Below are positions 1-7,957 of a DNA stretch of 39,103 bases, piece after piece; the first letter of the stretch is position 1, and the number at the start of each line of letters is the position of its first letter. The notes below the pieces were generated by a model. That model ran no database searches. It was not told the DNA's origin and saw only the letters and a program-made list of their open reading frames with translations. This DNA comes from Candidatus Hydrogenedentota bacterium (lineage in GTDB: Bacteria; Hydrogenedentota; Hydrogenedentia; Hydrogenedentales; GCA-2746185): the NCBI GenBank assembly GCA_046583315.1, contig JAYGCN010000116.1, positions 1 through 39,103 of the forward strand, read 5' to 3'. The position numbers were made by a program, and so were the translations under genes.

Positions 1-237
1 GTGGTTACTGCCGAAGTAGTTGTCGCTGACGAGCCTGTTGACGATTTCGTTGACACCGACGACGACGACGAAGGCGCTACCATGGCCATGGCCGAAGAAG
101 AAGGTTCGAAAGTGGCGAAGAAGAAGGTCAAAGCGCCAGCCGAAGAAGTGTCTGAAGAAGCACCCGCTGAAGAAGCCACGGAAGAAGCGGCTCCGGAAGC
201 ACCGGCCGAAGACGCTGAAGAAACACCTGCCGAGTAG
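1..237 (+). CDS. 3' end of a gene with a low-complexity acidic Pro/Ala/Glu tail; probably 50S ribosomal protein L9 with a C-terminal extension (partial)
   Basis: Open frame from the window edge to TAG at 235-237, with repeated PAEE/APAE units. It lies directly upstream of dnaB, and rplI-dnaB is a common gene order. The L9 core is outside the window, so the identity is inferred. Confidence 0.5.
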   Translation: MVTAEVVVADEPVDDFVDTDDDDEGATMAMAEEEGSKVAKKKVKAPAEEVSEEAPAEEATEEAAPEAPAEDAEETPAE

Positions 238-266
238 TTCGCTACCCGTCAAATCAGCCCACCAAT

Positions 267-310
267 CTCCCTGGACGGCCCCATATATGGGGTAGTCCAG
301 GGAGTTTCTG
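267..310 (+). terminator. Intrinsic terminator-like hairpin
   Basis: ctccctggac (267-276) pairs with gtccagggag (295-304), enclosing the palindrome ccccatatatgggg, and is followed by tttctgt. Confidence 0.7.
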
Positions 311-316
311 TCTAGA

Positions 317-345
317 TTGATCACTTTCGCGCGAAGCGGTATAGT
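317..345 (+). promoter_or_regulatory. Sigma70-type promoter for dnaB
   Basis: TTGATC (317-322), 17-bp spacer, TATAGT (340-345). Confidence 0.6.
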
Positions 346-393
346 GGTAATCGAACGCCGATCCAAGCACATGAAATGGGGGAATTCCGTACC

Positions 394-1839
394 ATGGCGC
401 AATCCAATTCTACAGCCAATGATCGCATGCCACCGCAAAATATCGACGCGGAACGCAGTGTGCTCGGAGCCATGTTACTCAATCCCGATGCTGTCGGCCC
501 CGTCACCGAAATTCTCCAGGGCAACGCAGTCGAAGTGTTCTATGCGCCGGCCCATCAATACATTTACGATGCCATCGTAAACCTCTACGCCAAGACCCAG
601 CCGATCGACGCGATTACGCTCAAAGATCAGATGGAACGATCCGGTACGCTGGACGATGCTGGTGGACTCGCCTACATTACCGACCTCACCGGCGCGGTAC
701 CGACCTCGGCCAACGTGCAACACTATGCGCGCATCGTGCTTGATGCGTCCATTCTGCGTCGCGTGATCGGTTCATGCAGCAACGTCATCGCCGAAGCCTA
801 CGACTCACCCGAAGACGTGAACAAATTGTTGGATGCGGCTGAGAGCGAAATTTTCAAAATTGCAGAGCAACGGCAGCTTAATCCTATCGCCAAAGTAAGT
901 GAGCTGCTCCAGGAAAGCATGCGGCGCATCGAAGAACAGATGAAATCGAAGTCGGGCATTACCGGCATTGCCACCGGTTTCATGAAACTCGACGAGATGA
1001 CCTCCGGCTTCCAGCCTTCAGACATGGTTGTGCTCGCCGCGCGACCCTCCGTCGGGAAAACAGCCTTCGCGCTCAATATCGCCTCCCACGCGGCCGTGCA
1101 GAACAAGCAAAACGTGTTAATCTTCAGCCTGGAAATGGCCAAAGAACAGCTCGTGCAACGTCTTTTGTGCATGGTCGGAAACGTCGATAGTCAGCGACTA
1201 CGGACCGGCTTTCTTGCCGGGCAGGAATATCCAAAACTCCAGAAAGCCGCTGATACGTTGAGTCATGCGAGTATCTTTATCGACGATACGGCGAACATCA
1301 GTATACTCGAACTGCGTTCCAAAGCGCGCAAACATGCATCCACCTACGGCAGCTGTGATCTGCTGATTATCGATTACTTGCAACTCATGGTTGGTGGCGG
1401 TCGTGCGGAAAGTCGCCAGGTAGAAATCGCCGAAATATCCCGTAGCATCAAAGGACTCGCCCGTGAACTGAAATGTCCTGTCCTGGCTCTTTCTCAGCTC
1501 AGTCGCGAAGCCGACAAAGACGGCGGCGGCGCACCCAAACTGTCTCACCTGCGCGAATCCGGTGCGATTGAGCAGGATGCTGACGTCGTGCTCATGCTGT
1601 CCCGTCCTGCCGCGCACGATACCGAGTCCATGCCCGATCTCATCCATCTTAGTATCGCGAAACAGCGCAACGGCCCCACCGGTGACGCGAACATGCTCTT
1701 CGATAAAAACTTGCAACGCTTCAAGAATCTCATGGAAGGCGGTGGAAGTTTCCACGCCGAGCCGCCCCCCGAAGCGTCCCAAACCTACGACAACGTGCCC
1801 GTCGAAGAAGAATACGAAGAAGACGACGTACCCTTCTAG
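394..1839 (+). CDS. dnaB: Replicative DNA helicase DnaB
   Basis: N-terminal PPQNIDAERSVLGAML, Walker A AARPSVGKT, FSLEM, IIDYLQL, LSQLSR, LRESGAIEQDAD, AKQRNGPTG. ATG 394 follows a G-rich SD; ATG 376 is an alternative start. Confidence 0.98.
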   Translation: MAQSNSTANDRMPPQNIDAERSVLGAMLLNPDAVGPVTEILQGNAVEVFYAPAHQYIYDAIVNLYAKTQPIDAITLKDQMERSGTLDDAGGLAYITDLTGAVPTSANVQHYARIVLDASILRRVIGSCSNVIAEAYDSPEDVNKLLDAAESEIFKIAEQRQLNPIAKVSELLQESMRRIEEQMKSKSGITGIATGFMKLDEMTSGFQPSDMVVLAARPSVGKTAFALNIASHAAVQNKQNVLIFSLEMAKEQLVQRLLCMVGNVDSQRLRTGFLAGQEYPKLQKAADTLSHASIFIDDTANISILELRSKARKHASTYGSCDLLIIDYLQLMVGGGRAESRQVEIAEISRSIKGLARELKCPVLALSQLSREADKDGGGAPKLSHLRESGAIEQDADVVLMLSRPAAHDTESMPDLIHLSIAKQRNGPTGDANMLFDKNLQRFKNLMEGGGSFHAEPPPEASQTYDNVPVEEEYEEDDVPF

Positions 1840-1905
1840 GCATGTGCATATCCCTTGTTAGGGATACATGCGCAAACGCGGCGGTGTACCCGTAACCCCG
1901 TTATT

Positions 1906-1914
1906 TGCTACACT
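1906..1914 (+). promoter_or_regulatory. Extended -10 promoter element upstream of dapA
   Basis: TGcTACACT about 35 nt upstream of the dapA ATG; SD caggag lies downstream of it. Confidence 0.45.
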
Positions 1915-1947
1915 ATTCAATCTCAATCAGCTTCCCAGGAGAAAGAC

Positions 1948-2817
1948 ATGTATTCCGGTTCATTCGTGGCTCTTGTCACGCCCTTTAAAGAAAATCTCGA
2001 CATTGATTTCGAGGCCTACGGTCGCCTCATCGACATGCAACTCGATAACGGCACCCACGGCATCGTGCCCGCAGGATGCACCGGGGAAGCCGCCACGCTG
2101 ACCCATCCCGAGCAAAAAGAGCTCATCAAGTTCGCCATCGAACGCATTGCCGGGCGTGTCCCTGTTGTCGCAGGCACAGGCTCAAACAATACTGCCGAAA
2201 CCCTCGATTTCACCGCTTACGCCAAAGAGGTCGGTGCCGACGGCGCGCTGATGATTACGCCTTACTACAACAAGCCCTCTCGCGAAGGCATCATCGCCCA
2301 TTACACGACCGTGGCGGACAAAATTGATCTGCCCATCATGCTCTACAACGTGCCCGGGCGCACCCAGCTTAAAATGGAGCCGGAAACCATCGCTGAACTC
2401 GCTAAGCACCCGAATATTGTATCTGTAAAAGAAGCTTGCGGCAGCGTCGACCAAGTATCCCAAATTCGCGCGATAAGCGACATCAACATCATGTCCGGTG
2501 ACGACCCGCTGACCCTGCCGATGATGGCTGTCGGCGGTTCCGGTGTCGTGTCCGTGGCGGCCAACGTCGTGCCGGATAAAGTAGCGGGATTGTGCAACGC
2601 CTTTCAGGCCGGCGATCTCGCGAAGGCCCAGGAGATCCACTACGAATTGTTGCCACTCATCAAGGCACTGTTCGCCGAAACCAACCCGATGCCGGTCAAG
2701 AAAATTCTGGCCGAGATGGGTATGATTAAGAACGTGTTGCGTCTGCCGTTAACCCCGATGTTACAATCAAAATACGACGGCATCAAGCCGATACTACAAA
2801 GCTACAACCTCGTTTAA
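1948..2817 (+). CDS. dapA: 4-hydroxy-tetrahydrodipicolinate synthase
   Basis: ALVTPF, GCTGEAATL, AGTGSNNT, TPYYNKP, LYNVPGRT, Schiff-base lysine in VKEACG, SGDD, ETNPMPVK. SD AGGAG precedes ATG 1948. Confidence 0.97.
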   Translation: MYSGSFVALVTPFKENLDIDFEAYGRLIDMQLDNGTHGIVPAGCTGEAATLTHPEQKELIKFAIERIAGRVPVVAGTGSNNTAETLDFTAYAKEVGADGALMITPYYNKPSREGIIAHYTTVADKIDLPIMLYNVPGRTQLKMEPETIAELAKHPNIVSVKEACGSVDQVSQIRAISDINIMSGDDPLTLPMMAVGGSGVVSVAANVVPDKVAGLCNAFQAGDLAKAQEIHYELLPLIKALFAETNPMPVKKILAEMGMIKNVLRLPLTPMLQSKYDGIKPILQSYNLV

Positions 2818-2822
2818 GTACC

Positions 2823-2867
2823 CTTACTTTTTCTTTTGGAAAAAAGAAAAAGTAAGCAAAAAGAAAA
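2823..2867. repeat. AT-rich perfect 15-bp inverted repeat with a GGAA loop (REP-like element or terminator)
   Basis: cttactttttctttt (2823-2837), ggaa, aaaagaaaaagtaag (2842-2856), followed by caaaaagaaaa. Confidence 0.75.
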
Positions 2868-2891
2868 CCGGCGGATACTACGTATCCTCAT

Positions 2892-4238
2892 GTGGAGTAC
2901 TTTTTGGCTTCTTCAGATTCACATTCTTGTAAACGCGCCTCTCTTCACACGTTGGGCTGTCGACTTAACCAGTCTGAGTCGCTCATTTTGCAGGAGCAGC
3001 TCGAGGCGGATGGCTATGAAATCGTGCCCTATGGCGATCCCGCGGATCTCGCTATCGTCAATACCTGCACGGTGACCCACGATGCCGACGCGAAATGCCG
3101 CAAAGCCATCCGGGGTTTTATCAAGAAGAATCCGGACGCCTATGTCGCTGTCATCGGCTGTTACTCCCAGATGGATTCGAAAGCCCTCACCGAAATCGAC
3201 GGCGTAGACCTTATCGTCGGCAATCAAGAAAAAATGAATGTCTTGTCCTACATCAGCGAGGGCAAAAACGAGCACGCCCTGATCATTCGCGACCAGATCG
3301 TCCGCGACGACTTCACCATCGAAACGGTCGACTCCGGAGCCTTCGCCCGCCGCGCAAACTTGAAGATTCAGGACGGCTGCGATTTCATGTGCACCTTCTG
3401 CATCATTCCCTTTGCGCGCGGACGGTCCCGTAGTCGCGCGATGGACAACTTGCTCGAAGAGGCACAAAAACTCGTCTCCCGCGGCGCATTGGAACTCGTC
3501 ATCACCGGCGTCAATATTGGCACCTACGCCTACGCTGGCATGACAGTAGTCGATGTCGTGGATCGTCTGAACGAAATAGACGGACTCGCTCGCATTCGCA
3601 TCAGTTCCATAGAGCCGACGACGATCCCCGAAGAATTGTTTGAACGCATGAACGATCCAGACCATGCGCTGGTGCCGTATCTTCATATACCTCTGCAATC
3701 CGGATCGAACCATGTGCTCGGTCTCATGAAGCGACTCTACACCCGCGAAGACTACATAGCGTTCGTCAACGACGCCGCACAACGCGTTCCGGGCCTCTGC
3801 ATTGGTACCGATATTATGGTCGGTGCGCCCGGGGAGACAGAATCCGATTTCGAAGAAACCTGCAATTTATTGCTAAATGGGCCCATATCCTACGCCCACG
3901 TGTTTAAGTATTCCGAACGCGACGGCACGGCCGCATTAAGAATCGTCGAAAAAGTGGACGCTGCCGAAAAGAACCGTCGTAGCGTGGTGATTCGGCGGAT
4001 TAGCGGCCAAAAATCGGTCGAATACCATCATCAGCATATCGGACAAATTGTTAAAGTACTGTTCGAAACGGAAGAAAACGGGTGCTGGAGCGGATACACC
4101 GAAAACTACATTCGCGTCGTCGTCCAAACAGATGTTACACTGAAGAACGTCATCCGGCCCGTTCGGCTGGTTGAAACGTGTGGCGATTTCATGTCGGCAA
4201 CGCTCATGGAATCCGCCCTGACCGAGACACGGAACTAA
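2892..4238 (+). CDS. mtaB: tRNA t6A37 methylthiotransferase (radical SAM)
   Basis: TLGCRLNQSES, NTCTVT, GCYSQ, KIQDGCDFMCTFCIIPFARGRSRSR (CxxxCxxC), RISSIEP, HIPLQSGS, HVFKYS, C-terminal GYTENYIRV. The start codon is uncertain. Confidence 0.92.
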   Translation: MEYFLASSDSHSCKRASLHTLGCRLNQSESLILQEQLEADGYEIVPYGDPADLAIVNTCTVTHDADAKCRKAIRGFIKKNPDAYVAVIGCYSQMDSKALTEIDGVDLIVGNQEKMNVLSYISEGKNEHALIIRDQIVRDDFTIETVDSGAFARRANLKIQDGCDFMCTFCIIPFARGRSRSRAMDNLLEEAQKLVSRGALELVITGVNIGTYAYAGMTVVDVVDRLNEIDGLARIRISSIEPTTIPEELFERMNDPDHALVPYLHIPLQSGSNHVLGLMKRLYTREDYIAFVNDAAQRVPGLCIGTDIMVGAPGETESDFEETCNLLLNGPISYAHVFKYSERDGTAALRIVEKVDAAEKNRRSVVIRRISGQKSVEYHHQHIGQIVKVLFETEENGCWSGYTENYIRVVVQTDVTLKNVIRPVRLVETCGDFMSATLMESALTETRN

Positions 4239-4240
4239 GC

Positions 4241-5092
4241 ATGGCAAACGATGTATTCGACATAGTCGACGAAAAAATCGACGAATCACTGGCCGAAGAG
4301 AAGGAAGTTCGTCTCAAGGCGATTCTCGCTGAGTACCCTACCTTGGCCGTGGCTTATTCCGGCGGCGTTGACTCAGCCTATCTCTGCGCCGTTGCTCACG
4401 AAGTTCTTCCGGACAAGAGCACGATGATACTGGCCGACTCACCGAGTCTGCCGCGATCCGAATTCAAAGAAGCAACCGAGATGGCCAGAGACCTCGGCTG
4501 GAACCTCGTCGTCATTCATACCGACGAGTTTCAGAATGAAGCCTATCTCAAGAATGACGGAAATCGCTGTTACTTCTGTCGCTCAGAGTTGTTTCGCAAG
4601 ATGAAAGAATATTCCGAAAGCAACGCCGTGCAGGTACTGGCCTACGGGGCCATGGCCGATGATGCGTTCGACCCGACACGCCTCGGAGCCCTTGCTGCAA
4701 ACGAATACGATATAGTCGCGCCGTTACAAGCCGCCGAACTCGGAAAACTCGAGATACGCCACCTGAGCAAACGTCGCGAATTACCCACCTACGGCAAGGC
4801 CGCCTTCGCCTGCTTGTCTTCGCGGTTTCCGAAAGGCATTCGCGTAACGATCGAAGCGCTCGAACAAGTCGAAGCTGCCGAAGAATGTCTCAAGGGCATG
4901 GGATTCTACCAATACCGCGCGCGCCATCACGATTCGATCTGCCGTATCGAAGTGGATCCCCGGGACATGGAACGCATGATGGACCCCGAGATTCGCAAGA
5001 CCGTCGTAGACACCATCAAAGCGGCCGGCTACGAGCACGTGGTACTCGATCTGCTCGGCTACCACGACCCCAACAAAGCCGCCAAGTCCTGA
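4241..5092 (+). CDS. larE: LarE-family ATP-dependent sulfur transferase (PP-loop)
   Basis: VAYSGGVDS PP-loop, NRCYFCR, ACLSSRFP, RARHH...RIEV, DLLGY. The ATG lies 2 nt after the mtaB stop. Confidence 0.88.
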   Translation: MANDVFDIVDEKIDESLAEEKEVRLKAILAEYPTLAVAYSGGVDSAYLCAVAHEVLPDKSTMILADSPSLPRSEFKEATEMARDLGWNLVVIHTDEFQNEAYLKNDGNRCYFCRSELFRKMKEYSESNAVQVLAYGAMADDAFDPTRLGALAANEYDIVAPLQAAELGKLEIRHLSKRRELPTYGKAAFACLSSRFPKGIRVTIEALEQVEAAEECLKGMGFYQYRARHHDSICRIEVDPRDMERMMDPEIRKTVVDTIKAAGYEHVVLDLLGYHDPNKAAKS

Positions 5093-5216
5093 TTCTCCCT
5101 CCGAACCTGTGCCTCCAAACCCTACTAGATTCCCTCCAGTAAATGCGGTACTATGTCCAATATCTATTATTCATAAGCAGTAATGTATCAATCGTGATCG
5201 ACAAGGAGTATGCCCC

Positions 5217-6143
5217 ATGGCGAAATTGACTACCCGCCGCGATTTTTTGAAACACACAATCGTTGCCGCGGCCGGATTGGCCGCCACAACAGGACTCGGG
5301 GGTACCGCCATGGCCGCGAAACGCACCTACGACATTTCTCTGGCCGGCTGGTCGCTTCACCGTGCCATCGGTAAAGGCGCCGACCAGAAAGACATGCTCG
5401 AAATGCCGCAGATTACCAGCGAAGAATTCGGCATACAGGCCATTGAGCTCGTCAATCAGATGCTCAAATCCAGCGATGCCGCCTACATGAAGAAACTCGC
5501 TGCAAACGCGTCGAAACACGACGTCAAAATTCTTCTAATTATGATTGATGGTGCCGGAGATGCAGGAAGCACCCGTGATCGAAGCCGTGAAAAAGCGATT
5601 GAGAATCACAAAAACTGGATCGATATCGCCGCCGACTTGGGATGTCACTCCGTGCGCATGAACTGGGGTGGCGCACCCGAAGACTTCCTCACCAATAAGG
5701 ACGCCCTGGAGCAATTCGTGCAGCGTTCCGTGCCCAGTTTCGAGGCCATCGCCGAACACGGTGACAAGAAAGGCCTCAACGTCATTATCGAAAACCACTG
5801 GGGCCCGTCGTCGTATCCCGCAATTCTTGTAGACCTCATTAAACGCGTGGACAATCCCCGTTTCGGTACACTGCCCGATTTCGGTAATTTCCCCGACGAT
5901 GTCGACATCTACGATGCTGTGAATCGCATGATGCCCTACGCCAAAGCGGTCAGTGCCAAATGTTACGACTTCGATCCCGCTACCGGCGAAGAAACCAAAC
6001 TCGATTACGAACGCCTCATCGGAAACGTCGTCGATAAGCATGGTTACCACGGATACATCGGCATCGAATACGAAGGCAATCGCATGAGCGAATACGACGG
6101 CATCAAAGCCTGCAAAGTCCTGCTCGAAAAGCTGAAAAGCTAA
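5217..6143 (+). CDS. Tat-exported sugar phosphate isomerase/epimerase (xylose isomerase-like TIM barrel)
   Basis: Twin-arginine signal TRRDFLK with AMA cleavage site; IENHWG, TLPDFGNF, SAKCYDF, YIGIEYEG. SD AAGGAG. Confidence 0.85.
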   Translation: MAKLTTRRDFLKHTIVAAAGLAATTGLGGTAMAAKRTYDISLAGWSLHRAIGKGADQKDMLEMPQITSEEFGIQAIELVNQMLKSSDAAYMKKLAANASKHDVKILLIMIDGAGDAGSTRDRSREKAIENHKNWIDIAADLGCHSVRMNWGGAPEDFLTNKDALEQFVQRSVPSFEAIAEHGDKKGLNVIIENHWGPSSYPAILVDLIKRVDNPRFGTLPDFGNFPDDVDIYDAVNRMMPYAKAVSAKCYDFDPATGEETKLDYERLIGNVVDKHGYHGYIGIEYEGNRMSEYDGIKACKVLLEKLKS

Positions 6144-6221
6144 ACAAAGTACATTCTGCCGGGGCCTTGGGTTGGGAATCGGTCTTATTGTTTTCACCCA
6201 CTAACCAACGGAAGGAGTCGC

Positions 6222-7187
6222 ATGTCTGATTTTGAAATCGGCTCCATCTTTGCCGACCGCTACGAGATCATGGAACTGCTCGGAAAAGGCGGTATGGGCA
6301 TGGTTTACCGAGTGAAAGACTGGAAACGCAGAGAAGATGTCGCCCTCAAGACCCTGTTGCCCAAATACTCCGACAATCCGCAAGCGGTCCGCCGATTCGC
6401 GCGCGAAGTCGCCGCCGCGCGCAAAATCGACCATCCCTGCGTCGTCAAGATCTACGATGCCCGCCAATACGAAAACATTCTCTTCTACACCATGGAATAC
6501 CTCAATGGACAGAGCTTACGCGGACTCATGCGTGCCCGCCACAAGCTCGGTCAGAACATGGGCATCGGATCCACCGTGCGAATCATCAGCCTGGTATGCC
6601 ACGCCCTCGAAACAGCCCACGAATTTACCATTCACCGGGACATCTCCCCGGAAAACGTAATGGTCACGCCGAACGGAGACGTGAAACTGCTCGATTTCGG
6701 ACTCGCCAAAGTGGGGGACATGGATGCGAATCTGACCCGCGTCGGCGTCAGTCTGGGCAAAATACAGTATGGCGCGCCGGAACAGCGGATTGACGCGAAA
6801 AACGTCGACACACGCGCAGACATTTTTTCGCTTGGGGTCATGTTCTATGAGATGCTGACCGGTTCCCTGCCGGATGGGGACAAAAAAATATCCGAGCTCG
6901 TCGCCAATCTACCTAATACCTGCGATGCTTTCTACGCCAAAGCCACCGCAGAAGACCCTGCTACCCGGTTTCAATCCGCCAAAGAAATGCGTTTGTCCCT
7001 GCAACGGATTTATCAGCAAGCCACTGGTGAGTCAATTGAGATCTTGCCCGAGAAAGAACCCGAAGAAGAAGTCGAAAACGTCCAGGCCGTTGAGGAAGCA
7101 TTGCCGGTCATGCCGGATATTGGTGAACAATCAATTTTCGTCAGGATAATCGGGCAGTTGCGTAAATGGACAGGTCGATCCGAGTAA
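6222..7187 (+). CDS. Hanks-type serine/threonine protein kinase, cytoplasmic
   Basis: LGKGGMGMVY, VALK, HRDISPEN, KLLDFGLAK, APEQ, DIFSLG. No obvious TM segment. SD AAGGAG. Confidence 0.93.
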   Translation: MSDFEIGSIFADRYEIMELLGKGGMGMVYRVKDWKRREDVALKTLLPKYSDNPQAVRRFAREVAAARKIDHPCVVKIYDARQYENILFYTMEYLNGQSLRGLMRARHKLGQNMGIGSTVRIISLVCHALETAHEFTIHRDISPENVMVTPNGDVKLLDFGLAKVGDMDANLTRVGVSLGKIQYGAPEQRIDAKNVDTRADIFSLGVMFYEMLTGSLPDGDKKISELVANLPNTCDAFYAKATAEDPATRFQSAKEMRLSLQRIYQQATGESIEILPEKEPEEEVENVQAVEEALPVMPDIGEQSIFVRIIGQLRKWTGRSE

Positions 7188-7912
7188 TGCCCCTCCCCAT
7201 TCAAGCCATCACCTTCGATTTCTGGCGCACGCTCTTCTATACACACGTCAATTTCCAGGAAAGACGCGATGCCCGGGTCCGCGCCCTCGTAGCGATCACC
7301 GGTTGCGAACCCGCCGACGCCAAAGCTGCCCTCAAAGCGCAAGAGCAGGAATTTTTACGCATCCACATCGCCGAGCAACGCACGCTGATGCCGGCCGCCG
7401 CCATCCCCCTGCTCGAAACCCACCTCGACACCACCTTTTGCGCATCGAAGACCCAGGCCATATGCGATGCCATTGAAGATGTCACCCTCGAACATCCACC
7501 CGCACCAATCGAAGGGGCTCTCGAAGCCGTACAAGCCGCCGCCGAGCGTGTCCCCGTAGGACTCATCTCCGATACCGGGCTTGCCACCGGAAAAACCATC
7601 ACCCAACTGCTCGAGAACAACGGATTCGGCGGACTCTTCACCTCCATGACCTTCTCCGACGAGACCGGCGTTGCCAAACCGCAACCCGCCATGTACCACC
7701 ACGCCTCCGAGAATCTGGCCGTGCCTGTCGAGTCACTGTTGCACATCGGCGATCTCGAACCCACCGACATTCACGGAGCATTGTCCCTCGGAGCACATGC
7801 AGCCCTCTTCGGTGGAGACAACGATCGCTTCGTAGGCAACACCAAAGCCCACCACACCTTCACCGATTGGCCGTCATTCGTGGAAAAACTGCCCGAACTC
7901 GTCGGACGCTAA
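7187..7912 (+). CDS. HAD-family hydrolase
   Basis: Motif I AITFDFWRTL, LISDTG, FSDETGVAKP, LLHIGDLEPTDIHGA. The ATG overlaps the kinase stop (TAATG). Confidence 0.88.
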   Translation: MPLPIQAITFDFWRTLFYTHVNFQERRDARVRALVAITGCEPADAKAALKAQEQEFLRIHIAEQRTLMPAAAIPLLETHLDTTFCASKTQAICDAIEDVTLEHPPAPIEGALEAVQAAAERVPVGLISDTGLATGKTITQLLENNGFGGLFTSMTFSDETGVAKPQPAMYHHASENLAVPVESLLHIGDLEPTDIHGALSLGAHAALFGGDNDRFVGNTKAHHTFTDWPSFVEKLPELVGR

Positions 7913-7956
7913 ACTTCGATCTCCCGAAAATCCACTTCCCACTTCGCCGATTCTGA
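7909..7956 (-). repeat. Displaced duplicate of the metallophosphoesterase gene 3' end (att-like direct repeat, copy A)
   Basis: Encodes SESAKWEVDFREIEV* versus TESAKWDVDFREVSV* at 10418-10465. 7928-7955 matches 10437-10464 at 27 of 28 nt. Confidence 0.85.
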
Positions 7957-7957
7957 C

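Noticed and set aside
90..235. Repeated gccgaagaag-like units
   Set aside because: In-frame low-complexity PAEE coding repeats, not a CRISPR array or iterons.
394..1839. Possible intein in DnaB
   Set aside because: The length is normal and the helicase motifs are contiguous.
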